This document shows positions 12,083 through 23,766 of a DNA stretch of 64,000 nucleotides, in pieces. Position 1 is the stretch's first letter; the number at the start of each line of letters is the position of its first letter. Origin of the DNA: Squalus acanthias (lineage: Eukaryota); NCBI GenBank assembly GCA_030390025.1, contig CM059432.1, positions 51,090,001 to 51,154,000 of the forward strand. The letters run 5' to 3'. The notes beneath the pieces are model-generated. The model was not told the DNA's origin. It made no database searches and saw only the letters and a program-made list of their open reading frames with translations. The translations under genes were made by a program, and so were the position numbers.

Positions 12083-13581
12083 TTAACCTTAGTGTCATAT
12101 TTGACCCTGAAATGAGCTTTCGACCACATATCCGCAGCATTACAAAGACCGCCTACTTCCACTTCTGTAACATCACCCGTCTTCGCCCTTGCCTCAGCTC
12201 ATCCGCTGCTGAAACCCTCATCCATGCCTTTGTTACCTCTAGACTTGACTATTCCAACGCACTCCTGGCTGGCCTCCCACATTCCACCCTACGTAAACTT
12301 GAGGTCATCCAAAACTCGGCTGCCCGTGTCCTAAATCGCACCAAGTCCCGTTTGCCCATCACCCCTATGCTCGCTGACCTACATTGGCTCCAGGTTAAGC
12401 AACGCCTCGATTTGAAAATTCTCATCCTTGTTTTCAAATCCTCCCGTGGCCTCGCCCCTTCCTATCTCTGTAATCCCCTCAAGCCCACAACCCTCCGAGA
12501 TATCTGCACTCCTCTAATTCTGCCCTCTTGAGCATCCCTGATTATAATCGCTCAACCTTTGGTGGTCGTGCCTTCTGTTGCCTAAGCCCTAAGCTCTGGA
12601 ATTCCCTCCCTAAACCTCTCCGCCTCACTACCACTCTTTCCTCCTTTAAGACACTCCTCAAAACCTACCTCTTTGACCAAGCTTTTGGTCACCTGCCCTA
12701 ATTTAACCTTATGTGGATCGGTGTCAAATTTTTTGTCTTAAAATACTCCTGTGCAGCGACTTGGGACATTTTACTACGTTAAAGGCGCTATATAAATACA
12801 AGGGGGAAAACATTCAGTTGGTTTGCGCCTCCCGTTAGCACCTTAAGAGGGCGCTAATGGGGCGCAAAGCAACTAGCGCCTGGGTGCGGCGCCGCCCACA
12901 CCTCCCACGAAATTCAGTGGGAGGTTAGCAGCGGCACTAACCGGTAGCGCCCTGTGGCGCTGTGCCGCCGGCGATGATGACATCGCCGTGCGCAGTGCCC
13001 CGCTTGCGCTCCGGCCGCGGTCTTCGGTAGCGCCCCTTGACTTACCGCCGGACGCTAAGTCCGACGGGGTCAGGGGGGCGTACCTGCGGCCGGGACGGCG
13101 CTAGTTAAAGGGGAGGTGGCGGACGGCCATTTTTGTTGCTGGCCGCCTGCCAGCACCTGCCCCCGTTGCTGTCCCCGGCCCCCGTGAAGCCCCCCCCGTG
13201 AAGTGCCAGCTGCGCTCCAAGAGCCCGGCACTTCTCTTGAGTGCCGGGCTCTTTTGCCGGCATTCCTGATCCCCGGGGGCCCAGCTGGGCCCCGGTTCAC
13301 GCTGTGCAAGGCCCCCCCACTTTAAGAAGGGGAGGAAGGCCTGCAATACCGCGGTGCGACGTGCTGCAGCGCCTGGTGCTGCAGCACGTAGCGCCCCGAT
13401 ATTGACTCGCAGCGCCCCAAGAGGGATGAAGCGCCCCGCTTCCCTCTTGGGGCGCAACCACTCAATTTCCGGTGCGGGGGCGCTAATTTTTATGGGCCGC
13501 TAAAAGTAGCGCCCCGACGAAGTTAGCGCCCCAAAAGCGGCGCGACTCAATTTTCCACCCAAATTGTTGTTGTTGTTGTAA
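12083..13581 (+). mobile_element. L2 LINE 3' fragment with (TTG)n tail, interrupted by a MITE
   Basis: SRLDYSNALL...IQNSAAR...LHWL motifs; near-identical to 25010-25746. Confidence 0.92.
12802..13560. mobile_element. GC-rich Harbinger-type MITE
   Basis: Ends GGGGGAAAA and AATTTTCCACCC; splits the L2 tail (ATAAATACAA | TTGTTGTTG). Confidence 0.75.
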
Positions 13582-14512
13582 AACCCAGAGCCTGCACAGC
13601 CATAATCACTGTGGCTGAAACACCACTTGTGTTCCTCCTTGCAGGAAAAGGTAGCCCACAATAAGAGGGAGAGAGCAATGACTGGAGGAGGAACACCTAC
13701 CCTAGCAAAATTGACCAGTGCTGAGGAGGCTGCAAACGAGATTGTTGGCGGTGGTGAGGACCTGGAAGTGGGTGATGGCGAGACGGGCACACTAGAGGAA
13801 GCTGGTGACATAATAGAGTTTCATCCCTCTCAGACTGCAATGGCATATGATGTTCATAGACAATCGCATTGTATCATCTGCTCAAAAGGATGTGTCGGCT
13901 ACATCAATATCAGATGTCTAAATCATGCCTTTACTCTCCCACAGGACCATCGAGCGCCCCCCTCCCATGATCCAGGACGAAGAGCCGGACAACTCCTCAG
14001 AGGAATCTGAAGCCTCTGAGGGAGCAGCGTCACCAGGACTCAGCGCACCCAGCACTAGCGCAGCAACGCTCACCTCGGTGGGGCCATCGCGATCTGGAGT
14101 AGTGTTGCCACCTGGTCTATCACAGTTTACAAATGCGCATCAGCAGATGGTGGAGACAGCGACAGCAGTGGAGAGTTCTCGGCAGAGGTCGCAGGACGCT
14201 CCTAGCTCTGCTGAGCTGCATGCAGACACTGTGGGCTGGATTTTGTCAGTGTGGGCGGGCTAGGGCGTGTCAGGTGGAAATCGTGTCAGGACCCCGACTC
14301 CTAAGTGAAGTGCTGAAAAAGTCCGATTTTCCCCTAATTGGGCAATTGATTTCCTGCGTGTGGGAACACCTGGCCCAATGAGTCTTTTCATACAGAAAGT
14401 CGCCTCCGATGACATCATCAATGCTGCTGGATTTAAGACCTGCAAGCAGCCTTGCTTCCTCTGGAGACTGCAAAGGCTCTGCAAATTGTATGAAGGTGTT
14501 GATTTCCCGACA

Positions 14513-16500
14513 ATGTCCACGATCAAGCAAAAGTCTGCACCTCGGTTTGATGAGCCCTCCCTCCAAGCTCTGGTGCATGGAGCCAGATGTAATAAGGAGG
14601 TGCTGTTCCCTTCCTCAGGGAGAAAAAAGCCACCCCAGCAGACAAAAGCTGTGTGGCTGCAAGTGGCCCAGGAGGTCAACTCCATCTCGATGAGCCGCAG
14701 AACCTGGCTGCAATGCAGGAAGAGGTTTCATGACCTTCTCCGCACAGGAAAAGTGAGTATGACTTTCCCATCACCCTCAATCTGATCCCCATCGCCTCTC
14801 CTCACCAGCACTCTGCTTTGCCAACCTCTTCCTCCACATGCCACTTGACACTTACATGCCTGCACCCTTACCCATCCCTCTCTCTCTCGAAAGTCACATT
14901 CACTTAACTATTCGACCATGCAGCCCTCACACTCCCTCTCACTGTGATGCCATGACAACAACAACTTTCAACACACAGGGATGGTCCTTTGTATCCTTCT
15001 AAGCATCTATGCTATGGATTATCTACACTCACTCCTTCATTCTCACTCAAACTCCACTTGTGTCCCTCATTGCAGGAAAAGAGAGCCCACAATAAGAGGG
15101 AAAGAGCGAGGACAGGAGGAGGGCCACCCTCAGTAGCCCAGCTCACCGCCTGGGAGGAGGCGGCCCTGGAAATCACTGGGATCGAGGAGGATTCCCAAGT
15201 GGGGGACGGACAGATGGGCACATCGCAGCAAGCTGGTGACAGAATAGTTTGGCATCTCTCTCATTGACATTGCATGAGTCACTGATAATGAATCTGATGC
15301 TCTAACAGATTTACTTATGATCATCTGCACTATTCAATGTTCATGTAACCTTGACCTCACATCTCTAACTCTTTCCTTTACTCCCCCACAGGACCATCGA
15401 AAGCCCCCATCCCCACTGTCCAGGAGGAAGAACCTGAGCTTCCAGACTCCTCAGAGGAAGCTGCAACCTCTGAAGGCGCAGCCTCAGCAGAATTCAGCGC
15501 ACCCAGCACCAGCGCAGACACTCACACCTCGGTGGGACCTTCACGAGATAGAGTAGTGTTGTCACCTGGTGTATCACAGATCACAAGTGAGCATCAGCAG
15601 ATGGTGGAGACAAGGACAGCAGTGGAGAGTCCTCGTTGGAGGGCACAGGACTCTGCCAGCTCGGCTCAGCTGCATGTCGACCCTGTGCCTCCGGGTCCAT
15701 CCAGAACGAGAGCGGTGCTGGAACTCCAGGAAGAGGTGCAGGAGTCTCTTGCAGGTTTTGTCTCCAGGGTCGCTGCGAGTGTGGAGTGAATGGAGGAGTC
15801 CATCACGAACATGAGCAGAGCCTTTGTGGAGGCATTGGCACATGAACGCATCAACGTGGAAAGGATGGCAACCTCCGTGGAAAGGATGGCTACCTCCACG
15901 GTAAGGCTGGCTACCGTAGAGGAGAGGATGGCTACAGTAGAGGAGAGGATGGCTACGGCCATGGAGGAGCTTAGCCGCCAGGGTCTTGAAAACATGGTCA
16001 TTGTTCAGAATAGACTGGCATCTCTTGAGGAGTGATGGTCAGCTATTGAGCATAGAAACCAGACCTTCATGGAAGTCCTCTGGAGTAGGACTTCCAGTGC
16101 AGAAACGGGTCCTCATGGCCCCCCTGCTGTGCAGCAAGGTGCTGTCCAGCCACTTGCTAGCTCTGAAGTGGGGCTGACCCATGAGAGGGATGTTGGTGGC
16201 ATACAACAAGGAAGTGGGGGCTTCTCTCCAAGCACTCACATGACCATGCCACTGCAGAGCCCTCGGTCAGAGCCCCACCAGAGTCCCCACCCAACTGAGA
16301 TCGGCGTCTCAACCCCTGCACAGCCGCAGGAGCAGCAGACTGTTGCTGAGCCCTCACAGGTTCGCAACCCCAGAGGACGCCCGCCAAAGGTGTCGAGACA
16401 GGAGCAGCAAGAAAGTGAGCAAGGGGCCTCCACATCTGCTGAAGCCACAGGGGAAGCACCACGTAGGAGCACGCATAAGAGGAAGATAATGCACAAGTAG
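14513..16500 (+). pseudogene. Harbinger Myb/SANT plus coiled-coil gene, copy C (exons 14513-14752, 15076-15235, 15392-16500; about 502 codons spliced)
   Basis: GT-AG junctions join in frame (240 + 160 + 1109 nt); the only lesions seen are TGA stops at 15787 and 16033, which are CGA in copy D. Confidence 0.9.
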
Positions 16501-16689
16501 TCACTAGGGTTGTCATTCGGTGTAATGTGTTTAATTTTGAGAAGCCATCAGTTGCTTATTGTCGTAAAAAATTCTGATGGCAAACTGTTGAAGTTGTGGC
16601 ATGTGTCATTTCGCTAATGGGACTTCCACATTGAGGGCTTAGGGTGACTTGCAATTGTCAGTATGGTGGTCAGACTGAGAGGAATCCGC

Positions 16690-16981
16690 AGGTTCTTGTC
16701 CATTGTCGATGCTCTGGTAAGAAGGTGCGAGGCTAAACTGTTTGATTGTGCAGGCTAAGCATATGTGACCAACATGAGTGCGTCCCTTGCATCCCAGGCA
16801 GCAATGTGGTGGCGCTCTGGCGCCTTCTGGCCTGTGCATCTTCAGGTGGGTGACTAGCAGCTTGGCGCTCCTGTTGATGTTCCTGCTGTTGGTGCTGCTG
16901 TTGCTCATGGTTCTGCAGCTGCCGCGGCTGGTCTTCATCCGAATCTGATGTCCAGGAAAAAAGGAATTAAATGGTCGCCAT
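16690..16981 (-). pseudogene. Transposase stub of Harbinger C (Q-rich N-terminus only)
   Basis: Homologous to the start of 6599-6826; no DDE core between it and the Myb 3' end. Confidence 0.7.
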
Positions 16982-19900
16982 GCTTCTGGTATATGCCTCA
17001 GTTGAGGAAGCGCTTAGTCAAGGTAGGGAGAGGGGTTTCCAAGGAGGTCACACTGGAGATGGGTGTCAGGCTCCAAACTTCCACAACACTGAGTATGCCT
17101 GCTAAAAGTTCCCCCAGACCTGAAACAACAAAGTTCTGCCACCTGCAAATGATCATCGGTTAAAACTCCTTTGTAATGGTGGAGCTGCAGCTGTTCGTAA
17201 GCAATGCACTAGTGAGGCCGCCAGGATTACCTGGCATGTTCCAGAGGAGGCGTGTAGGATGGGGGAAATGTGTTAAAATCGGAAAGGCCTCTCAAAATGG
17301 GATTATAGAGGCAATTAAGTGGTTGTTAAGGGCCTTAAGGGCCTATCCCGCCTCTTGGAGGCGGGATGGAAAGCGGATCAGAAAACACGCACTTGGGAAA
17401 ATTGCTCGGAGGCGGGATGGAGGCGGGAATGGGCCCACCCGCCAGTTTTTGCGATTTTAACAACTCGCACGCCTCCAAACCCACCTCCTCAGGGCTGGGA
17501 AAATCGAGCCCTGTGCCTCTGGGGTCATCCAGAAAAAGTGCATCACAGGAAATACAGGAACAAGTGCAGGTGACTTTGGAAGGGTGTGAGTGTAGAGAGA
17601 ATGGAGGAATCCATCTGTAACATCAGCACTGCCATGGTGGAGGCAATGGCGCATGAATGCACCAACATGGATAGGATGGCAACCTCCGTGGAAAGGCTGG
17701 CTACCTCAGTGGAAAGGATATCTACGGCCATGGAGGAAATAAGTCGCCAGAGTCAGGAAAACATGGTGACTGTTCAAAATAGAATGTCATCTCTGGAGGA
17801 GCGATGGGCAGCTATTGAGCAGAGAGACCAGAGCTTCATGGATGTCCTTTTGATGAGGACTGCCAGTGCAGATACCGGTCCTCATGGCCCCCCTGAAGTG
17901 CAGCAAGGTGCTCTCCAGCCACTTGCCAGCACTGAGGTGCGGCTGACCCATGAGAGGGATGTTGTTGGCAGGACAGAAGGAAGTGTGGGCTCCTCTCAAA
18001 GCGCTCACACGACCATGCCACTGCGGAGCACTTGGTCAGAGACCCACTTTGCAGAGACAACTGAGATGGCCGTTTCAGCCGCAGGAAGACCAGACTGTTG
18101 AAGAGCCATCCCTGGCTTCCAAACCCAGAGGACGCCGGCAAAGGCGTCTAAGCAGGCGTAGCGGCCTAGTCAGCAAGGTGCCTCTACATCTGCTGAAGCC
18201 ACAGGGGAAGCACCACGTAGAAGCATGCGTAAGAGAAAGATTAAGCACCTATAGTCATAAGGGCAGTCACTTGGGTGATTTATCTTTTTTTTCTGACTAT
18301 TGCTGGTTTATTATCCTTTTGTAATGTGTAAAAGAAAAATTATGGCAAACAGTTGAATGTGTGGCCTATGTGTTATGGGAAATGGCAAAAGTGCCTTGAG
18401 GGCTCAGGGCCTCTTGCTTTTGTAATGCTGATGGTAAAAGTGATAGGAAATAACAGGGTATAGCAAAGATGATGTATGACATTGAACAAGTGTCGCCTGC
18501 AATTACAGAGCCATATGGTAGCCACCTATGGTCGAAGAATAAGCTTATGCTAATGTGGCATGGCAGTGTGCATACCCTGCTTGACGGGCAGCAGTGAACT
18601 GGAGGGATGCTGCATTGGTCACAACAGGGCATGTAAGGTGCCCCTCATCCTCCTCCTCCTCCTCTTCCCAGGAAGATCTGCGCTGAGCCACGCAGCTGCT
18701 ACTCCTCTGATTATGAGGACCAGGATGAGAGGGCATAAATGTTTCCCATCCCCTTGCTATAGATTTCATTTGAGGCAACAAGATTGCAAGCACACAGTCG
18801 AAGTGGGCTGAAATGATTCCATTCATGTCACACTGCAGATGGGTGTCAGCTTGAACAGACACATGGTCAGTACATGTGCAAAATCTTATCCCATACCTAC
18901 AACAGCAAAGTTGTTGCATTTGAATGTCAGCCATGTTTCAGGGGTGCTTTTAAAGCGCTCCACCAATGACTACAAATCATGTCCTCCAGCAACTCGTCTC
19001 CTTGAACCTGGCCTGTTTCTGACAAGACGGGAAACAGGAGCTAGAAGCACGAAAATAGGAAACCACTATGAAAATAGGATTAGCAAGGCAGTTAACAGGC
19101 TGTTAACTGCCTTAACTACCTGTCCCACTGGTTCCAATTGGGTCAGTTTGGGAGCAGCTGACCCGACACAAAAATCGGGTGGGGGCGGGATGGAGGCGGG
19201 TTGGGTGCCTGAAGCCATTTTTTCCAATTTTTGCTACAGACCCACCTCCAAACCCGCCTCCTCAGGGCTATTAAAATTGAGCCCTAAGTTTCTGTGCTGT
19301 AAATCTGGAGTCAGGACTGTAATGTCATTGTGAAGCAAAATCACTTCACACCAATGATTTAACCTTTAACCTGCTGAGGATAAATAACCACACATTAACT
19401 ATCAAAGAAATTAAAAATACTGATAAAATTCTTTCCCTGCTCGAAAGGCAATCATGTGAAACCTCCAACATTCTGATTTAACATAACAATCTGCCTTAAT
19501 CAACCCTGACCAACTTTTATTCCAGGAATTTTCTGGGAACAGCTACCACTCCACCTCCGTAACTTTGGCGGAAGTCCAGTGAAATTCCCGCCGTAACTTT
19601 GCTGGAAGTCCAGTGGAAACCCTGCCGTAATGGAGTCAGCTTCATTTTAATAACAGCCCAAATTGGGCCTGGTACTGGGAGAGGGGAACAGTAACCATAA
19701 AAGAGCTGCTGACAAGTATTGGTGGGAAACTTTAAAGGGAAGCAGCTGCATGTTGGGCAAAAGTTTTGTTCACCTTAAAAACAAAATAAATATTTTAATG
19801 CATATTTGAGACTTTCCACCTATGTTTGGTGGACGGGAGTAGGAACTGGTTGTAATCCAGTGGGCAGAGGTGAAAATAGCGCTGGAAGTCAGAACAAATG

Positions 19901-20338
19901 ATTTGAACTAAAAATAGAACATGCTGGAAATACTCAGCAGGTCAGGTGGGATCTGTGGAGAGAGAAACAGATTTTAACATTTCATTTCGATGACCTTTCG
20001 TCAGAACTGGAAAAAGTTAGAGATATAACAGACTTTCAACAAGTGCAGGGGCACGGAAAGGGGGGAGGGGAGGAAAGAACAAAGGGGAAGGTCTGTGATA
20101 GGGTGGAAGGCAGGAGAGATTAAATGACAAAGCTAGGTAGGAAAAAAAGATGTAAGGAGGATGCAAAGAGCGTGCAAAGAGATATAGACAGGTTAAGTGA
20201 ATGGGCAATAAGGTGGCAGATGGAGTATAATGTGGGGAAATGTGAAGTTATTCACTTTGGTCGGAAGAATAGAAAAATAGAATATTTTTTTAAATGGTGA
20301 GGAACTATTAAATGTTGTCCTATTACAAGAAACACAGA

Positions 20339-21207
20339 GGCCGCGATCTTACCTTTCGGTGCGAGTTGGGAGCGGGTCAGCTGCTTTCCGGGTTCCGATC
20401 CCGCCCCCAACGACACCCGATGCACAGATGTAATTTTACGTCAATTGGCCTTGTTAAGCCCGCCCTGCGGGCTTGCCGGCCAATTAAGAGAAAGCCGGTG
20501 TCAGATGACGTCAGTTCATGACGCGTCATCTGCCGGTTTTCTTAAAGGGGACACGCACATTTTTTTTTGACAGATGATTTTTCAGTGTTTGACAGCATTG
20601 AGGTGCTGCAAACACTGCCAATCACTGTACAAAGGTGAGCCCTTGCATCCAGGCTCTCCAGCGACTCTCTCCTTAGGATAAAACAGATGGCAGCTGCAGG
20701 TGAGGTTACAGAAGCGATCTGCCACTGGTGAGAGAGGTTCTCCCAATGAGATGGGACTACACAAACACGTCAAACCTACAGAAAAGTCTAAATACATTAA
20801 AAATGATTTCCCCAACATTTTCTTACCTCTGAAACTCACCAGTGTACCATTGGATCCTTCACCCCACTTCTGCAGCTGTCATCAATGCACAAACCTTACA
20901 GTAGACCCAAAGCACGTCACACTTACCCTGGCGTGGTGTCCAGACATCGGGAAGCCCGCAGTCGACCTGTCAAAATTGAAAAAAGCCTCTTAACTGCCTA
21001 ATAACTACCTGTTAACAGACAGTTAAGTGCCTATAATCCTCTTCCCGCCGCTAGGTGTCAAGTCCCTGCGCAAATCGGTGACCCGACACTTAGGAAGATT
21101 GATTGGAGGCAGTTTGACAGTGGGTTTGGGTCCCGCTGTCAATCTTTGCAATTTTACCAGCAGTCCCACCTCCAAATCTGCCCCCTGAGCGCTGGCAAAA
21201 TTCCCCC
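20339..21207. mobile_element. Harbinger-derived ~870 bp non-autonomous element
   Basis: Ends GGCCGCGATCTT and AAAATTCCCCC; shares TGACGTCA, TTTGACAG and TAACTACCTGTTAACAG motifs with the elements at 21682 and 53034. Confidence 0.75.
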
Positions 21208-21681
21208 AGAATATTTTTTAAATGGTGAGAAACTTTCAAATGTTGGTGTTCAGAGAGATTTGGGTGTCCTCATGCAAGAAACACAGAAAGCTAGCATGCA
21301 GGTACAGCAAGCAATTAGGAAGGCAAATGGCATGTTGGCCTTTATTGCAAGGGGGTTGCAGTATAAGAGTAAGAAAGTCTTGCTACAGTTGTACAGGGCT
21401 TTGGTGAGACCACACCTGGAGTACTGTGCACAATTTTGATCTCCTTATTTAAGGAAGGATATACTTGCCTTAGAGGCGGTGCAATGAAGGTTCACTCGAT
21501 TGATCCCTGGGATGAGAGGGTTGTCCTGTGAGGAGAGATTGAGTAGATTGGGCCTATACTCTGGAATTTAGAAGAATGAAAGGTGATCTCATTGAAACAT
21601 ATAAGATTCTGAGGAGGATTGACAGGGTAGATGCTGAGAGATTGTTTCCCCTGGCTGGAGAGTCTAGAACTAGGGGACATA

Positions 21682-22517
21682 GGGCTGGATTTTGTGAATG
21701 GAGACGAGTTGGAGGTGGGACTGCTGATTGTCATTTCAATGTCCCGCCTCCATCCTCGTCTGATCAACCAGAGGGATTTCCTCTGATTAACCTTGTTAAG
21801 CCTGCCCTGCGGGCTCAGCAGGCCAATTAGGGAGGAAGTCACTGACAGAGCACGTCAACGTCAGATGTGCTATCTGTCAAGACTTCTTGAAAGAAGAAAT
21901 GTCAGCCTTTGACAGCTCTGTGAAGCTGTCAAACACTGACATTCTCTGAAGTTTGATGAGGCCTTGTGTTCAGGACTCATCAAACCTTTCAACTTTGTAA
22001 ATTTAACATGGCTGTTGGTTCGGAGGATCCAACAGCCTGTTTGTGAAATCGACAAGGAGGATGTCGGGTCTCTCGATCCAGCGTGGCTGAAAGCTGTAGG
22101 AAGAAAACAAGGTAAGTGAACATTTTTTAAAACTTATCACTCACCTTACATACTTACCACTCCACACTTGCACCCATCACTCACCTCTATACCTTACTTC
22201 CAGGTGCCTCCGACCGCCGCAGACCTCCTTCACGTCTCCTCCAACCCGGCGGGGTTCTCCGAGGTCAGGAAGCCTTCACCTGTGGAGGTAAAATCCTTTT
22301 TTCTGCCTGTTAACTACCTGTTAACAGGCAGTTAAAAGGATTAAATGCCTTTCCCGCCTCCAGGAGACGGGACCCGAGGCAGCACATCTTCCCGCCTCCT
22401 GGCAAAAGGGCACGGAGGCGGGATGGGGGCGGGTTTGCCATCCGCCCCCACTTTCTGCTACTTTACCGGCAGTCCTGCCTCCATGCCCAACTCCGCGAGG
22501 CTTGGAAAATCCAGCCC
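21682..22517. mobile_element. Harbinger-derived MITE (GGGCTGGATTTT family)
   Basis: Perfect 12-bp TIR; ATA TSD restores the CR1. Confidence 0.92.
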
Positions 22518-23766
22518 ATAGTCTCAGGATAAGGGGCTGGCCTTTTAAGACTGAGATGAGGAGGAATTTCTTCTCTCAGAGGATTGTGAATCTTTGGAAT
22601 TCTCTGCCTCAAAGTTCTGTGCATGCTCAGTCGTTGAGTATATTCAAGACTGAGATAGATAGATTTCTGGACTCCAGAGGAATTAAGGGATATGGGGATA
22701 GGGCAGGAATGTGGAGTTGAGGTCAAAGATCACCCATGATCTTATTGAATGGCGGAGCAGGCTCAAGGGGCGGTAGGGCCTACCCCTGCTACTAATTCTT
22801 ATGTTCTTAAAAGGTATGATTGTACAAAGCAAAAGGAGATGGTAATGGGACAAGTAAAGAAACAAAAGATGGGTCTAGAAGAGGTGTAAATGGGTATAGC
22901 AGAATCATTAACAGCTGCCATCTGAAAAAATAGGGGCAGAAGTTATGGTCTGAATTTGTTGAACTCGATGTTCAGTCCAAAAGGCTGTAAAGTGCCTAAT
23001 CGGAAGATGAGGTGCTGTTCCTCGAGCTTACATTGAGCTTCGTTGGAACAGTGTAAGAGTCCGAGGACAGAGAGGTCAGAGTGGGAGTGGAGCGGAGAAT
23101 TAAAGTGACAGGTGACCGGAAGCTCCAGGTCATGCTTGCAGACTGAACGGAGGTGTTATGCAAAATGGTCACCCAATCTGCGTTTGGTCTCCCCAATGTA
23201 GAGGAGACCGTATCGTGAGCAGCGAATACAGTATACTAAATTGCAAGAAGTACAAGTAAATCGCTGTTTCACCTGGAATGAGATTTTGTGGCTCTGGACA
23301 GTGGGAAGGGGGGAGGTAAAAGGGCAGGTGTTGCATCTCCTGCGCTTGCACAGGAAGGTGCCGGGCGAAGGGGAGGGTTTCTTGGGGGTGATTGAGATGT
23401 GGACCAGGGTGTCGCAGAGCGAATGGTCCCTCCAAAATGTTGAAAGGGAAGGGGAAGATGTGCTTGGTGGTAGGATCATGCTGGAGATGGCGGAAATGGC
23501 GGAGAATGATCCGTTGAATGTGAAGGTTGGTGGGGTAAAAGGTGAGGACAAGGGGAATCTTATCATGGTTCTGGGAGGGAGGGGAAGGGCTGAGAGCAGA
23601 AGTGTGGAAAATGGCATGGATACGATTGAGGGCCCTGTCAACCATGGTAGAGGGGAATCCTTGGTTGAGGAAATAGGAAGAGATATTGGAAGCATTGTAT
23701 GGAAGGTGGCATCATCAGAAGAGATGCGACGGAGACAGAGAAGCTGGGAGAATGGAATAGAGTCCT

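Larger units (their letters stand above)
14233..17511 (+). mobile_element. Harbinger C, complete ~3.3 kb non-autonomous element
   Basis: TIRs GGGCTGGATTTT and AAAATCGAGCCC; TGT TSD restores exon 3 of Harbinger B; colinear with copy D. Confidence 0.93.
11900..19284 (+). mobile_element. Harbinger B (left end missing), host of an L2 and of Harbinger C
   Basis: Myb exon 2 at 13645-13804; exon 3 from 13945, resuming at 17512 to ~18254; nuclease stub ~18560-18749; right end AAAATTGAGCCC. Confidence 0.85.
20127..22810 (+). mobile_element. CR1 3' fragment(s) nested in the Penelope and carrying two MITEs
   Basis: RPHLEYC and NLWNSLP motifs; 3' UTR and TTCTTATG tail. Confidence 0.9.
19910..23765 (-). 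mobile_element. Penelope-like retroelement 3' part (RT thumb, GIY-YIG endonuclease, pLTR) interrupted by a CR1
   Basis: NLVYCIRCSRYGLLYIGETKRRLGDHF GIY-YIG motif; IPLVLTFYP linker; pLTR with a degenerate CTGACGA..GAAA core at ~19975-20005. Confidence 0.92.

Noticed and set aside
19550..19630. About 2.3 copies of a 34-bp unit, superficially CRISPR-like
   Set aside because: Tandem with no unique spacers, in a eukaryotic context with no cas genes.
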